This document shows positions 1 through 12,193 of a DNA stretch of 64,000 bases, one piece after another. Within the stretch, counting starts at the first letter, position 1, and each line of letters begins with the position of its first letter. The notes under the pieces were generated by a model that saw nothing but the letters and a program-made list of their open reading frames with translations, had not been told where the DNA came from and searched no databases. A program made the translations under genes and the position numbers. Origin of the DNA: Eledone cirrhosa (lineage: Eukaryota); assembly GCA_964016885.1 (NCBI GenBank), contig OZ024740.1:2790001-2854000 (forward strand). The letters are read 5' to 3'.

Positions 1-1145
1 GTCTATTACCTCTGGGATCTCCTCAATGCTTTTTTGGTCCGCTTGGATCAGGAGCTCCATCCCAGATCCGGACCAGTTCTCCTGCTTTTCTTTAGCTATT
101 TCGATTATCTTGGTGTTGGCCTCGATGCCGGCGAGGACGGCAGCTATTAGCCAGGAAATTTCGATGGCCGGTGGAACAGTAGCTTGGGACGAGTGTGAAA
201 TAGTCACTCCATGGAGTGTTCTCTGGCCTTCTGTGATGTTCCAAAGAACACGACCACGGTTCCATATTTCTGCCCACGTCTGATGTGGGTTCTTTTCGCC
301 CACACATGTCCCAAAGCTTTTTGGATTTGGGACTCGGATGCCCGTTCTACTCGGCGCGATTTTATGTTAATTGTCCGATAAGACACGGTGCATAGGCGCC
401 GATGACGATTTTATTAGGTGGGGGTGAGGCTGATCCTGTACCCATCTTTATTTACCATTCTCTTGACTTCATCTAATTCCTCCCGAGTTACCTGGATTGC
501 TTCGCACTTTTTTGCTGCTTTGGCAAAAGACACGGTGGTTTTTGAGTTATTCTCATTGTTGTTGTTGCTGTTGTTGTTATCGTTACTTTTGTTATTGTTA
601 TTTTTAGTTTCAGTTGTGGTGGTGGTGGCGTCAGTGGTGTTCGGTGTGGAAGAGTCCATTCTGGGTGAATCCATTTCGATGGCACAAGATAATTTATTTT
701 TTTCTTTTGTTTCTGTTGTCGCTGTGGTGGTGGTGGTGGTGGCGGCTTCAACACCTGCAGTCATTGGTAATGGCGGGAAAGGAATGTCTGCATGAGACAA
801 ATTTAAATTATTGCTACTGCTCATATTTTTAGTGTTGGCAAACGTAGTAATATTTACAATGGTGGTGTTGGTGTGAGGTGTTAGTTTGTGAGGAAGGTTC
901 TCAGCTACTTGGTGTAGCTGTGAGTCGTCCATGATTTTTTCAAAGAAATTTTTTGTTTGATAATTATAAAAGTTTAAATTTTGGGCTCAAGACCCCAATC
1001 TTTTGAGTGTCCTTTTCCGAAAGCAAATTTTGTGACTTTATAAATAGTTAACAACAAAATGTTTACATAAATGGCAATTTTAAATAAACGAAACCAACAA
1101 ACCTTTGCAGGGCTCACGATGATACGATTTCCTACGTAGGTCCCC
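1..1145 (-). mobile_element. 5' end of a probable L1/Tx1-like non-LTR retrotransposon (5' UTR + disrupted ORF1) abutting (ATT)n
   Basis: Starts GGGGACCTACG directly at the microsatellite. ORF 932..414 (low-complexity N-terminus, SFAKAAK motif) continues through stops/frameshifts into 386..204 and beyond. No RT lies in the window, so the clade is inferred. Confidence 0.5.

Positions 1146-1200
<55 letters not shown>
1146..1200 (+). repeat. (AAT)n microsatellite, left target remnant of the array
   Basis: Direct. Similar tracts at ~6051-6094, 10309-10356, 11187-11271, 11816-11937, 12163-12189, 17119-17211, 21743-21774, 22496-22520 and 24181-24210 separate every element. Confidence 0.97.
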
Positions 1201-1202
<2 letters not shown>

Positions 1203-1367
1203 GGGAAGAAGACGCACGAGGTGACGGAGGTCATGAAATCGCTCCCGTAAGTTTTGAATTTTTAACATATTTAAATCATTTGTGAAATAACAACTCTTAG
1301 TACAAATGCTACGTAAAGCACCCGGCTTGAGCCCCAAAAAATTCGGACCCAAAATATATTGTTATAA

Positions 1368-2018
1368 GGCTCAAATATTCAAATATTCAACTTTGTATTG
1401 TACACTGTATATCCCAAAAAAAATGGCTATAAATGGAAGAAGAAGAGCCCCCCCCCCCCTCCTCTCCTCTGGCTACACTATATAGGACAGCTAAACTCAC
1501 CAACACCAGAAACTAGATACACCACCCACCCCATCATCTGTGTACACTAAACACAACAGCATTTTCACCTTCACCGCCACCGCTCACTACGGCCATCATT
1601 ACCACCACTATCCCATCACCGCCGCCACCACCCCTTGACTCCTTCACTGCTGCTGCCACCGCTACAGCACCATCACTACAGTAATACGGCTCAAATATTC
1701 AAATATTCAACTTTGTATTGTACACTGTATATCCAAAAAAAAATAAAATGGCTATAAATGGAAGAAGAAGAACCCCCCCCCCCCCCCCTCCTCTCCTCTG
1801 GCTACACTATATAGGACAGCGAAACTCACCAACACCAGAAACTAGATACACCACCCACCCCATCATCTGTGTACACTAAACACTACAGCATTTTCACCTT
1901 CACCGCCACCGCTCACTACGGCCATCATTACCACCACTATCCCATCACCGCCGCCACCACCCCCTGACTCCTTCACTGCTGCTGCCACCGCTACAGCACC
2001 ATCACTACAGTAATACGG
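1368..2018 (+). repeat. ~320-330-bp tandem duplication within the A1 leader
   Basis: GGCTCAAATATTC...GTAATACGG occurs twice (starts 1368 and 1688) but only once in copy A2. Each unit has a GCTATAAATG TATA-like box. Confidence 0.9.
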
Positions 2019-2581
2019 TCGCATCACCGCCACCACTGCCTCGGTATCGACATCACCACTGTCTCAGTATCGCCAACGCCGCCAGTCTCTGCTGGCTACC
2101 ACTTCCACATTATAGAATTCCTACTACTAACAAAGAGGAAGGCATCAAAATATATAGATAGACTCAAAAGAAAAAAGAAAAAACAAACAACAAAAGCAGC
2201 ACAGCAACAACAGTAAAAAACGAGAAAAACAGAGAAAAACAAAAACAAAAAAAGAAACCCCAAAAACGTAAAGAAAATAAGAATGAAGAGAGAAGCAGGC
2301 GGACGGACAGAGAAGAGGGGGGAAAAAGTAAAACTTAAAAAACAAAAACTAAGTCAGACATTCGAATACTACATTACAATGAAACTTATGCTTATTCATT
2401 TTTGGGGCCCTTTCTGCCCGTGTGTTTGTTTGTTTATGTGTGTCCGTATACAGCGTGGTGATAATGCCACACAAGGGCCAAGTGGGATGGCGGATCCACA
2501 GATGGCTATGTAAACATACATTCGCCAATCCTCGATAAGAGTGTTTAAATATCGAACATAAACAGTTCGAATAACGGTGAA

Positions 2582-5500
2582 ATGGAGACTAGAACGTCAT
2601 GTGACAGACTCTCACCCAACAGGTGCCCCCTGGCTCAGCAGCAGGAACCTGACTGTCAACCAAATACTGCTGATGTTGGAGGAAGAAGAAGAAGGAAAGG
2701 GGCCAGAACCAACTGGACGAAAGAATTGAATAGAACTGTTATGCAATGCTACCTGAAAAGTAACCCCAAGGAGAGGGGCTACAGGAAACGGATGCATAAC
2801 ATCTGGAACGAGATTGGTTTATTTAAATTAGATGAACAAAAATTGGCCGGACAGGCTCGGGTAATAAGAACTAATGGGTGGATAAGCGAGCTGGAACTGG
2901 AGGAACTGAGCAGAGAGAATGGCTTGGAGATGGCGGGTGTAGTATGCCAGACAAGCGAGCCGGCGGGAAATGAAGGTGAGGAGGTCCTGAGAACGGAGGA
3001 ACCACCCGAAGCAGACAATGATCTGAATACTGAGATAAATAATACCTGGAACAGAGATACGGCCACTGAGGAGATGAATGCTGACGGGCTAGGACAAGAT
3101 TCGGTTGACATCCTAAATTTAGTGGTAGATGAGTTGAACAATGATAGTGGGAGACCTATGAACCTAAGATTTGTAGACAGGAAAAAGTTAAAAGAAACAA
3201 CAGCTAAGGTAAACAAAGTCATCCCATACCTTGAGGCGAGGAGTCTTCACCAGTGCAACAATATCCTCAAAGCAACAGCAAATACGGTGAGGAAACTACT
3301 TGGTATAAAAGCGAGAGGAAACAACAGACAAGAAAGAGCAGAGCCTTGGTGGAAGAAGCGACTGAGTGGGCAAATCGGGGAAATGAGAAATGACATAGGA
3401 AAGCTTGAGTCACTACTGAATGGGACACTAAAAAACATAGGCACTAAAAATAGACTGGAAATAAAATACAAAACTAGGAGTAAAAAACTAAATATTATCA
3501 TAGAGGAATTGAAGCAACGCATTGTAGCAAAGAGTGCCAAAATCAGGCGATACGAGAACAGAGTCAGTCAGTATAAACAGAACCGCATGTTCGACAACAA
3601 CCAGAAGATGCTGTTTGGACAGCTTGAGGGGAAAGAAAGAGGCAACGACTTGATCCCTGGGGCGGAACAAGCTAAAACATTCTGGAGAGGAATATGGGAG
3701 CAGGATGTTAGACACAATGCCCAGGCAGGGTGGATTGAGACAGTACAGAGGGAGATCGGTGAGCAGGCACAGCAACAGACTGATTTGAGTATCACAGTTG
3801 AAACTCTTAAGGGGCAAGCCAAAAAACTAACCAACTGGAAATCACCAGGCCCAGATGGTGTGCAGGGGTATTGGATTAAACATTTAACATCCCTCCACCC
3901 GAAGCTGACGGCCATGTTCAATGACTGCTTGGTGTCGGGTGAGGTGCCAGAGTGGTTGACAAAAGGTACCACAGTTCTGATAATGAAAGACCGAATCAAG
4001 GGTAATGATGTTACCAACTATAGACCTATCACATGTCTGCCCGTAATGTGGAAACTGTTGACGAGCATTGTGTCTGAGGAAATCTACCATCACCTCCACA
4101 CAAACAACTTGTTGCCGGACGAACAGAAAGGATGCCGAAAGAAGTCACGTGGTACAAAGGACCAGTTGCTTATTGATAAGATGGTAATGGGGAATTGCAG
4201 GAGGAGACACACTGATCTTGCCATGGGATGGATAGACTACAGAAAGGCATTTGACATGGTGCCTCATTCCTGGATCACCAAAAGCCTGGAGATCTTCAGG
4301 GTGGCAGATAACATCAGACAGATGCTGGGCAGGAGTATGGGGTCCTGGGAGACAGAGTTGACATCAACTGGAGTATCCTTGGGAAGCGTGAAGATCAAGA
4401 GAGGTATCTTCCAGGGAGATAGCCTGTCCCCTCTGTTGTTTGTCCTTGCCCTGATGCCCTTGACCATTATGCTGCGAAAAGTGAGAGCAGGATACAAGTT
4501 GGGAAGGGGAGAGCTTACCATCAATCACCTCCTCTTCATGGACGATCTTAAGCTCTTCGGGAAAAGTGAGAAGGAGTTGGATGTGCTTGTTGACACTGTC
4601 CGTATTTTCAGCAGTGATATATGTATGCAGTTTGGTATTGGTAAATGTGGAGTCATTTCTGATGAGGAGGGGTAGATTGAGCAGAAGTAACGGGATCCAG
4701 ATACCAACAGGTGAGATGATAAAGGAAATTGACTCTGAGGAAAGATACAAGTATTTGGGCGTTCTGGAGGCTGATGGCATAAAGAACAAAAAAATGAAGG
4801 AATTGTTAAGAACTGAATACATTCGGAGAGTAAGGAGCGTATTGAAGTCACATCTGAACAGCAGAAATGCCATAAGCGCAGTAAATTCCCGAGCTGTATC
4901 TATTATTAGGTACAGTGCGGGAATTCTGAGATGGAATGTTGCTGAACAAAAAGAAATGGATAGGAAGACTAGGAAGCTATTGACTATCTACAACATGTTC
5001 CACAAGAGGAGTGATGTCGATAGACTCTACCTAAGGAGATCTGAGGGTGGAAGAGGTCTTATCAGCATAGAGGACTGTGTTCAGATGGAGAAAAACAACC
5101 TATACAAATACGTGACCTATAGTAAGGAGCCAATGCTCAGAGCTGTACTGAAGGAGGGGACAGTAGGCCAGGGGATACCCAAGGAGGAAATAACATCAAG
5201 GAGGAAGAGCAGCCTTAAGGGAAAATCCCTTCATAGTACCTTCTTTGAGAAAACTGAATTTAGAGATCCACAGACATGGAACTGGTTGAGAAGAGGGGAC
5301 CTCAAAAAGGCTACAGAAGGAATGCTAATGGCTGCGCAGGAGCAGGCCCTCAAAACGAAGTGGTTGAAGCACCATATCTACAAGAAGGAGGCTAGCCCAC
5401 TGTGCAGGATCTGTGGAGAGAGAGAGGAGACTGTGGCTCACATTGTGTCCGAGTGTAAACACCTAGCCCAGACCCACTATAAGGGCTGGAGACACGATGT

Positions 5501-5975
5501 GATGGGCAGGGTGATCCACTGGCACCTGTGCAAAGTAAACAATCTACCACATTCTGAGAAATGGTATGAGCATAGGCCAGAGGCGGTGATGGAGAACAGT
5601 CAGGTGAAGGTGCTGTGGGATTTTAGGATACAGACGGACAAAAAACTGGAACACAATAGACCTGACCTGGTGGTTGTGGACAAAGAAAAAAGATCGTGCC
5701 TGATTGTGGATGTGGCCTGCCCGTTCGACACGAGAGTGCAAGAGAAGGAGAGGGAGAAAATTAACCGATACCAGGACCTAAAGTGGGAGGTGAAAAGGAT
5801 TTGGAACTGCCATGAAGTCAAAGTGATCCCGATTGTCATAGGCGCACTGGGGACTATCTCCAAAGGTTTCCAGGGATGGTTAAAGAAAATCGGCCCCTTC
5901 ACGCTTTTTGGAACGCTTCAAAAGGCATGCTTGCTTGGAACGGCAAGAACCCTCCGATACGTCCTGAATATCTGA
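2582..5975 (+). CDS. Family A RT-RLE polyprotein (~1130 aa) with one frameshift near 4655-4670
   Basis: N-terminal Myb-like NWTKELN; RT motifs YRPITCL, WIDYRKAFD, GIFQGDSLSP, HLLFMDD, YKYLG; CRIC..HIVSEC zinc knuckle, RHD, and RPDLVV..DVAC endonuclease. Copy A2 reads through the frameshift site. Confidence 0.92.
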
Positions 5976-6061
5976 GGCTGCAGGTAGTGGCTTGATATTC
6001 AATCCAACGGACTTTCCAGTTAACCAACATCAATGACTGAGATTTAAGGAATAACAATAAC

Positions 6062-6094
<33 letters not shown>

Positions 6095-7320
6095 TTTTAA
6101 CGAAGAAGGGAAGAAGACGCACGAGGTGGTAGAAGGTCATGAAATCGCTCCCGTAAGTTTTGAATTTTTAACATATTTAAATCATTTGTGAAATAACAAC
6201 TCTTAGTACAAATGCTACGTAAAGCATCCGGCTTGAGCCCCAAAAAATTCGGACCCAAAATATATTGTTATAAGGCTCAAATATTCAAATATTCAACTTT
6301 GTATTGTACATTGTATATTCAAAAAAGAAAATGGCTATAAATGGAAGAAGAACAACCCCCCTCCTCTGTCTACACTATATAGAACAGCCAAACAACACCA
6401 ATCTCACCAACACCAGAAACTAGATACACCACCTACGCCATCACCTCTCTGTGTACACTAAACACAACAGCCAGATAACGGCAATTTCACCGCCACCACT
6501 CACTACTGCCATCATTACCACCACTATCCCGTCACAGCCGCCACCACTCCTTCATTGCTACCACCGCTACAACACCATCACTAAAGTAATACGATCACAT
6601 CACCACCACCACTGCCTCGGTATCGACATCACCACCACCACTGTCTCAGTATGGATACCGCCGCTACTGTCTCCCACATCACCACGCTGGCTGCTGCCAC
6701 CACATTATAGAATTACTATTATTATTGTCTCAAATTTAAAAAAAAATGTTTAATTCCAATTTTACGGGAATATGTCAACACAAAATATAATAAAAATATA
6801 TATTAAACATACGAACACAAACTCATAGATACTACATATCAGTAACCACAACCGCTGCCACCCCCCCCCCACCCCATCCATCATTGCTACCACTATCCCA
6901 TCGTCGCCGCCACCACTCCTTCAATGCTACCACCACTATGCCCCTGTTAACTTGAGAGAGAAAGGGGAAGGTGGCGGTATCACTAGACAAGGGAGAGGCT
7001 AGCAAAAGATATAAATAGATTGACTTAGTGACCTGGCCACCGGCCAAACGTCAACATCAACAACTATGGGACTGCTGGCTCACCCCTTCCTCACCAACAA
7101 TATAAAAAGCCCCGGCACCACCACCGACATACCCAACAACAATAACAGCCAACCACAACAAAAAGTATATTATATTATTGTAATGCACTGGGTCATTGCT
7201 GGCCCTGTGCCTGGAGTGGAGACAATTATTAATAATTTCATTCTTAAGCCACGCAATGCTCACATTAAGGAACCACTCATGATAATAACAATTTAAAAAA
7301 AACAACAAAAAGAAAACCCC

Positions 7321-7460
7321 GTGACCAAGAAATACCGGGATGGCGGCCGGCGGGGAATAGCCGTGTCTCTAGGGGAGAACGACCCCTCTAGTCTTGGTTG
7401 ACACTCGTTCTAGAAGTGGTAACACGAAATGATTACCCCTTGGCGGATAAGGATAAAACG
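7321..7460 (+). promoter_or_regulatory. Predicted pseudoknotted RNA module just upstream of the family-B AUG (second copy 13185-13324)
   Basis: Helix 7322-7330/7392-7400; hairpin 7369-7391 whose loop GAACGA pairs with TCGTTC 7405-7410; two further hairpins follow. Function is inferred only. Confidence 0.6.
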
Positions 7461-7476
7461 CGACAAAATAAAGTAA

Positions 7477-10164
7477 ATGTCTAATGATAAAATCTCATAC
7501 CGGATCGGCCGTCACCCGGGTAAAAAAGGGCCGCGTCCCTCAGAGAGAAACCAGACTGGGGTCCAAAAATCGGCTAATGGTTCAAACCTTCCCATCACTT
7601 CGGAGCTGGAGACCTCCCATAACCGGAATACTCCTACTGTTGGCCCTCCATGCTCACCACCAAGAAATCCAAAGAAAAAGAGAGAAAAATGGTCAAGGGA
7701 AGATAATAAAGAAGTCCTTGAGGCTTTCTACACTGCCATGTACTACCCATCAAATACATCGAATACAGAACAGACATACATCAACTGGAAAAAGAAACAT
7801 CCCGAAAACAGAGGCTATATTGACAGTAACAAACTAGCCAATATACGAAGAAATATTGTAAGAAAAAAGTTACTAACTGATATAGAAATTGATCAGATCA
7901 AGCTATTAGCACAAAGTCAGCGAAGGGAAAATGAAACATGTGTCAGTGAAAACGAGGTAAACTGTAACACTTCGAATCCCAGGGTTGGGGCGGAATCACT
8001 GGCAACAGAACAAATTAAAGAAAGGATCGAAAAAGTGGAGGGAGTGCATGCTCAGGATGAAACTCCAAATGAAAATAATGAGATCGTAAATAATAAAGAA
8101 ATGAATGAGAATGAACTTGCCAACTTGAAGGATGAAATTATGATCGAATGGATGAAAATGAAAGAATCTGACATGGGGCAACGAGAGACCCTCCCTAAGA
8201 TCCAGAACTCCAAACAGAACCAAAAGATAATACACAAGACTAACATAATTCTCAAAAACATTATCATCACAAACAAACTAAACATTACTGATTTAAATCA
8301 TCTCTATTATGCATCGGCTAAAGTCACCACTCACTTATGTGGAGTGAAGACGAAAAAACAAAGGAATTCCCACAAGAAATCTACTTGGCAAGAGAACATC
8401 AATCGCCAAATAAACCTTCTCCGATCTGACATAGAAATTTTAACAAACTATAAAGTAGGTGAACATGTTAAACAAACTAAACTTAGAAAATTGAAAAAAA
8501 AGTACAGTATAAAATCAACATGTGACATAGACATGCTGATAGAAATAATCAAGCAAAAAGTGTCGGCCAAAGCTGCTCGTATAAGGCGCTTTGAAAAACG
8601 ATCTAGATTCTATAAGGACAATAATATGTTCAAAAACAACCAAGGAAGATTGTCATAATAGACACAAAAATCTATCGATTGCTTGGATAGATTATAAAAA
8701 AGCATTCGATAGTTTGCCACACAGTTGGATTGAAAAATGTTTAGAGATTTTCAAAATATCCCCCGTTGTCAGGAGGTTTTTGTCATTCAGTATGAAGACA
8801 TGGAAAACGACACTCCTTTTGAATAGTGAAACAAAATCACTGGAAGCTGGAGAAGTTAATATTAATTGTGGAATTTTTCAGGGTGACTCTTTATCACCGC
8901 TTTTATTCTGCATCGCACTTATACCATTAAGTAAAATGCTCAATGAAACAAAACATGGATATAAAGTCTATGACAAAACCATTAATCACTTGTTCTACAT
9001 GGATGACCTGAAACTATTTGCAAAAAATGATGAACAATTGCAAGGGCTATTATCCACTGTGAGGCAGTTCAGTGATGACATTAAAATGGAGTTTGGACTA
9101 GATAAATGCGCCAAAGCAACGTTCACCAGAGGAAAGCTGCTGAAAAGTTCAGACATTAATCTTGATCGGGGGAACGTGATAAGAGAACTTGATCAAGAAA
9201 AAACTTACAAATATCTAGGTGTTTGTGAAGGAGACGGAATCAAGCACTCGACAATGAGGGAAAGGATAAGGAAGGAATGTTACCGCAGAGTAAGAGCAAT
9301 CTTAAGAACGGAATTGAATGCAAGGAATAGGATCGATGCCATAAACACGCTTGCCATACCAGTAAAGAAAGAACTGTTACAGAAACTGGCTAAGAAATGA
9401 CAAGAAAAGCCTCTGTATGGAAAATACCCAGAGCGAGCTAACAATCCTGATGTTGACAAAACTTTAACCCATCAGTGGTTGGCATCCTCTGGACTGAAAT
9501 CGGAGACTGAAGGACTGATTATATCGGCACAAGATCAGTGTCTGCCAACAAAAAATTACCAAGCCAACATAATAAAAAAAATGGATGCAGCCCATTATGC
9601 CGTGTATGCAAAAAACAACCAGAGACCATTGACCATATAATTTCAATGTGCAGTCCTATAGCTCCAACCGAATACCTAAACAGGCATGACAGAGCTGCAC
9701 AATAAATACATTGGATAATGCGTAAGCATTTTGATCTGCCCCATCAAAAGAATTGGTGGGAGCATCAACCACCTCCCATACTTGAAAAAGATCACATCTC
9801 AATCTTGTGGAACTTTAGCATCGAAACAGACCGAAATATAGATGCAAACAGACCTGATATAATATTGAAAGACTTTCAAAAGAGGGTATGCCTGCTAATT
9901 GATATGTCTGTTCCAATAGACAAGAATGTATCTATAAAAACATTTGAAAAATTGAGCAAGTATAAGGACCTGGAGATAGAAATTGGAAAAATGTGGAAAT
10001 TGAGAACTAAAACAATACCAGTGGTTGTAGGCTCTCTGGGAATGATACCTAAGGGGTCTAATGATTACTTATCGCAAATCCCAGGAAACCCGCGTATAGG
10101 AGAAATACAAAAGATAGTACTAATGGGAACTGCCCATATACTAAGGAAGATTCTGTCAATATAA
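7477..10164 (+). pseudogene. Family B RT-RLE ORF, internally deleted and frameshifted
   Basis: ORF pieces 7477-8658, 8591-9400 (WIDYKKAFD, HLFYMDD) and 9718-10164 (RPDII..DMSVP). Confidence 0.9.
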
Positions 10165-10307
10165 GTACATCACAAGTCTAAATACTAAAGATGCATGTGT
10201 GAATATGTATGTTCTTTCTTGAAGATGGCGGACCTTGTTGTCTCTTGAGGTCACTGGTTGTGACTTGGTGATAACTCGTATGAACATAAAGCAAGATAAA
10301 TGCAACT

Positions 10308-10355
<48 letters not shown>

Positions 10356-10360
<5 letters not shown>

Positions 10361-11186
10361 TCCCTTCATAGTACCTTCTTTGAGAAAACTGAATTTAGAG
10401 ATCCACAGACATGGAACTGGTTGAAAAGAGAAGACCTTAAAAAGGCTACAGAAGGAATGTTAATGGCTGCGCAGGAGCAAGCTCTCAAAACGAAGTGGTT
10501 GAAACACCACATTTACAAGGAGGAGGCTAGCCCACTGTGCAGGATCTGTGGAGAGAGAGAGGAGACTGTGGCTCACATTGTATCCGAGTGTAAACACCTA
10601 GCCCAGACTCACTATAAGGGCTGGAGACATGATGTGATGGGCAGGGTGATCCACTGGCACCTATGCAAAGTAAACAATTTACCACGTTCTGAGAAGTGGT
10701 ATGTGCATAAGCCAGAGGCGGTGATAGAAAACGATCAGGTGAAGGTGCTGTGGGATTTTAGGATACAGACGGACAAGAAACTGGAACACAATAGACCTGA
10801 CCTGGTGGTTGTGGACAAAGAAAAAAGATCGTGCCTGATTGTGGATGTGGCCTGCCCGTTCGACACGAGAGTGCAAGAGAAGGAGAGGGAGAAAATTAAC
10901 CGATACCAGGACTTAAAGTGGGAGGTAAAAAGGATTTGGAACTGCCATGAAGTCAAAGTGATCCCGATTGTCATAGGCGCACTGGGGACTATCTCCAAAA
11001 GTTTCCAGGGATGGTTAAAGAAAATCGGCCCCTTCACGCTTTTTGGAACGCTTCAAAAGGCATGCGTGCCTTGGAACAGCAAGAACCCTCCGATACGTCC
11101 TGAATATCTGAGGCTGCAGGTAGTGGCTTGATATTCATTCCAACGGACTTTCCAGTTAACTAACATCAATGACTGAGATTCAAGGA
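10356..11186 (+). mobile_element. 5'-truncated family A copy
   Basis: Matches the A1 3' ~830 bp (CCHC + RLE + 3' UTR); flanked by (AAT)n. Confidence 0.93.
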
Positions 11187-11197
11187 ATAACAACAAC

Positions 11198-11271
<74 letters not shown>

Positions 11272-11273
<2 letters not shown>

Positions 11274-11815
11274 GGGTGATCCACTGGCACCTGTGCAAAG
11301 TAAACAATCTACCACATTCTGAGAAATGGTATGAGCATAGGCCAGAGGCGGTGATGGAGAACAATCAGGTGAAGGTGCTGTGGGATTTTAGGATACAGAC
11401 GGACAAGAAACTGGAACACAATAGACCTGACCTGGTGGTTGTGGACAAAGAAAAAAGATCGTGCCTGATTGTGGATGTGGCCTGCCCGTTCGACACGAGA
11501 GTGCAAGAGAAGGAGAGGGAGAAAATTAACCGATACCAGGACCTAAAGTGGGAGGTGAAAAGGATTTGGAACTGCCATGAAGTCAAAGTGATCCCGATTG
11601 TCATAGGCGCACTGGGGACTATCTCCAAAAGTTTCCAGGGATGGTTAAAGAAAATCGGCCCCTTCACGCTTTTTGGAACGCTTCAAAAGGCATGCTTGCT
11701 GGGAACAGCAAGAACCCTCCGATACGTCCTGAATATCTGAGGCTGCAGGTAGTGGCTTGATATTCAATCCAACGGACTTTCCAGTTAACCAACATCAATG
11801 ACTGAGATTCAAGGA
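11272..11815 (+). mobile_element. 5'-truncated family A copy
   Basis: RLE domain + 3' UTR; flanked by (AAT)n. Confidence 0.93.
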
Positions 11816-11836
11816 ACAACAATAATAATAATAATA

Positions 11837-11937
<101 letters not shown>

Positions 11938-12162
11938 CTTACGGGAGTCATAGGCGCACTGGGGACTATCTCCAAAAGTTTCCAGGGATGGTTAAAGAAA
12001 ATCGGCCCCTTCACGCTTTTTGGAACGCTTCAAAAGGCATGCTTGCTTGGAACAGCAAGAACCCTCCGATACGTCCTGAATATCTGAGGCTGCAGGTAGT
12101 GGCTTGATATTCAATCCAACGGACTTTCCAGTTAACCAACATGAATGACTGAGATTCAAGGA
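11938..12162 (+). mobile_element. Very short 5'-truncated family A copy with 10 extra nt at its 5' junction
   Basis: Last ~215 bp of family A, preceded by CTTACGGGAG. Confidence 0.9.
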
Positions 12163-12193
12163 ATAACAACAATAATAATAATAATAATATAAA

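Larger units (their letters stand above)
1203..6050 (+). mobile_element. R4/Dong-clade non-LTR retrotransposon, family A, full-length copy A1
   Basis: Leader starting GGGAAGAAGACGCAC, a single long ORF, ~75-nt 3' UTR and (AAT)n tail. Near-identical to 17213-21742. Confidence 0.92.
6108..10308 (+). mobile_element. R4/Dong-clade family B copy B1 (both ends present, two large internal deletions)
   Basis: Same leader start as family A. Relative to B2, deletions join at ~8643 and ~9365. Family-B 3' UTR and (AAT)n tail present. Confidence 0.9.

Noticed and set aside
1203-1300. HDV-like ribozyme at the shared 5' end, as in R2/R4 elements
   Set aside because: Could not assemble P1/P2/P3/P1.1 by eye; only a weak ACGGAG/CTCCCGT hairpin in family A. 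A descriptor search is still warranted.
2483-2513. TURBS-like UGGGA termination-reinitiation signal
   Set aside because: The motif is present, but the uORF stop and the main AUG are ~70 nt apart, unlike stop-start coupling.
4640-4680. Programmed frameshift or two-ORF organisation in A1
   Set aside because: Copies at ~20345 and ~22785 read through in frame, so this is a copy-specific indel.
10235-11131. Apparent B-UTR/poly-Asn/A fusion ORFs (also 22422-23318 and 21725-22351)
   Set aside because: (AAT)n is stop-free in two frames, so fusions across tails arise by chance; two of the three have non-ATG starts.
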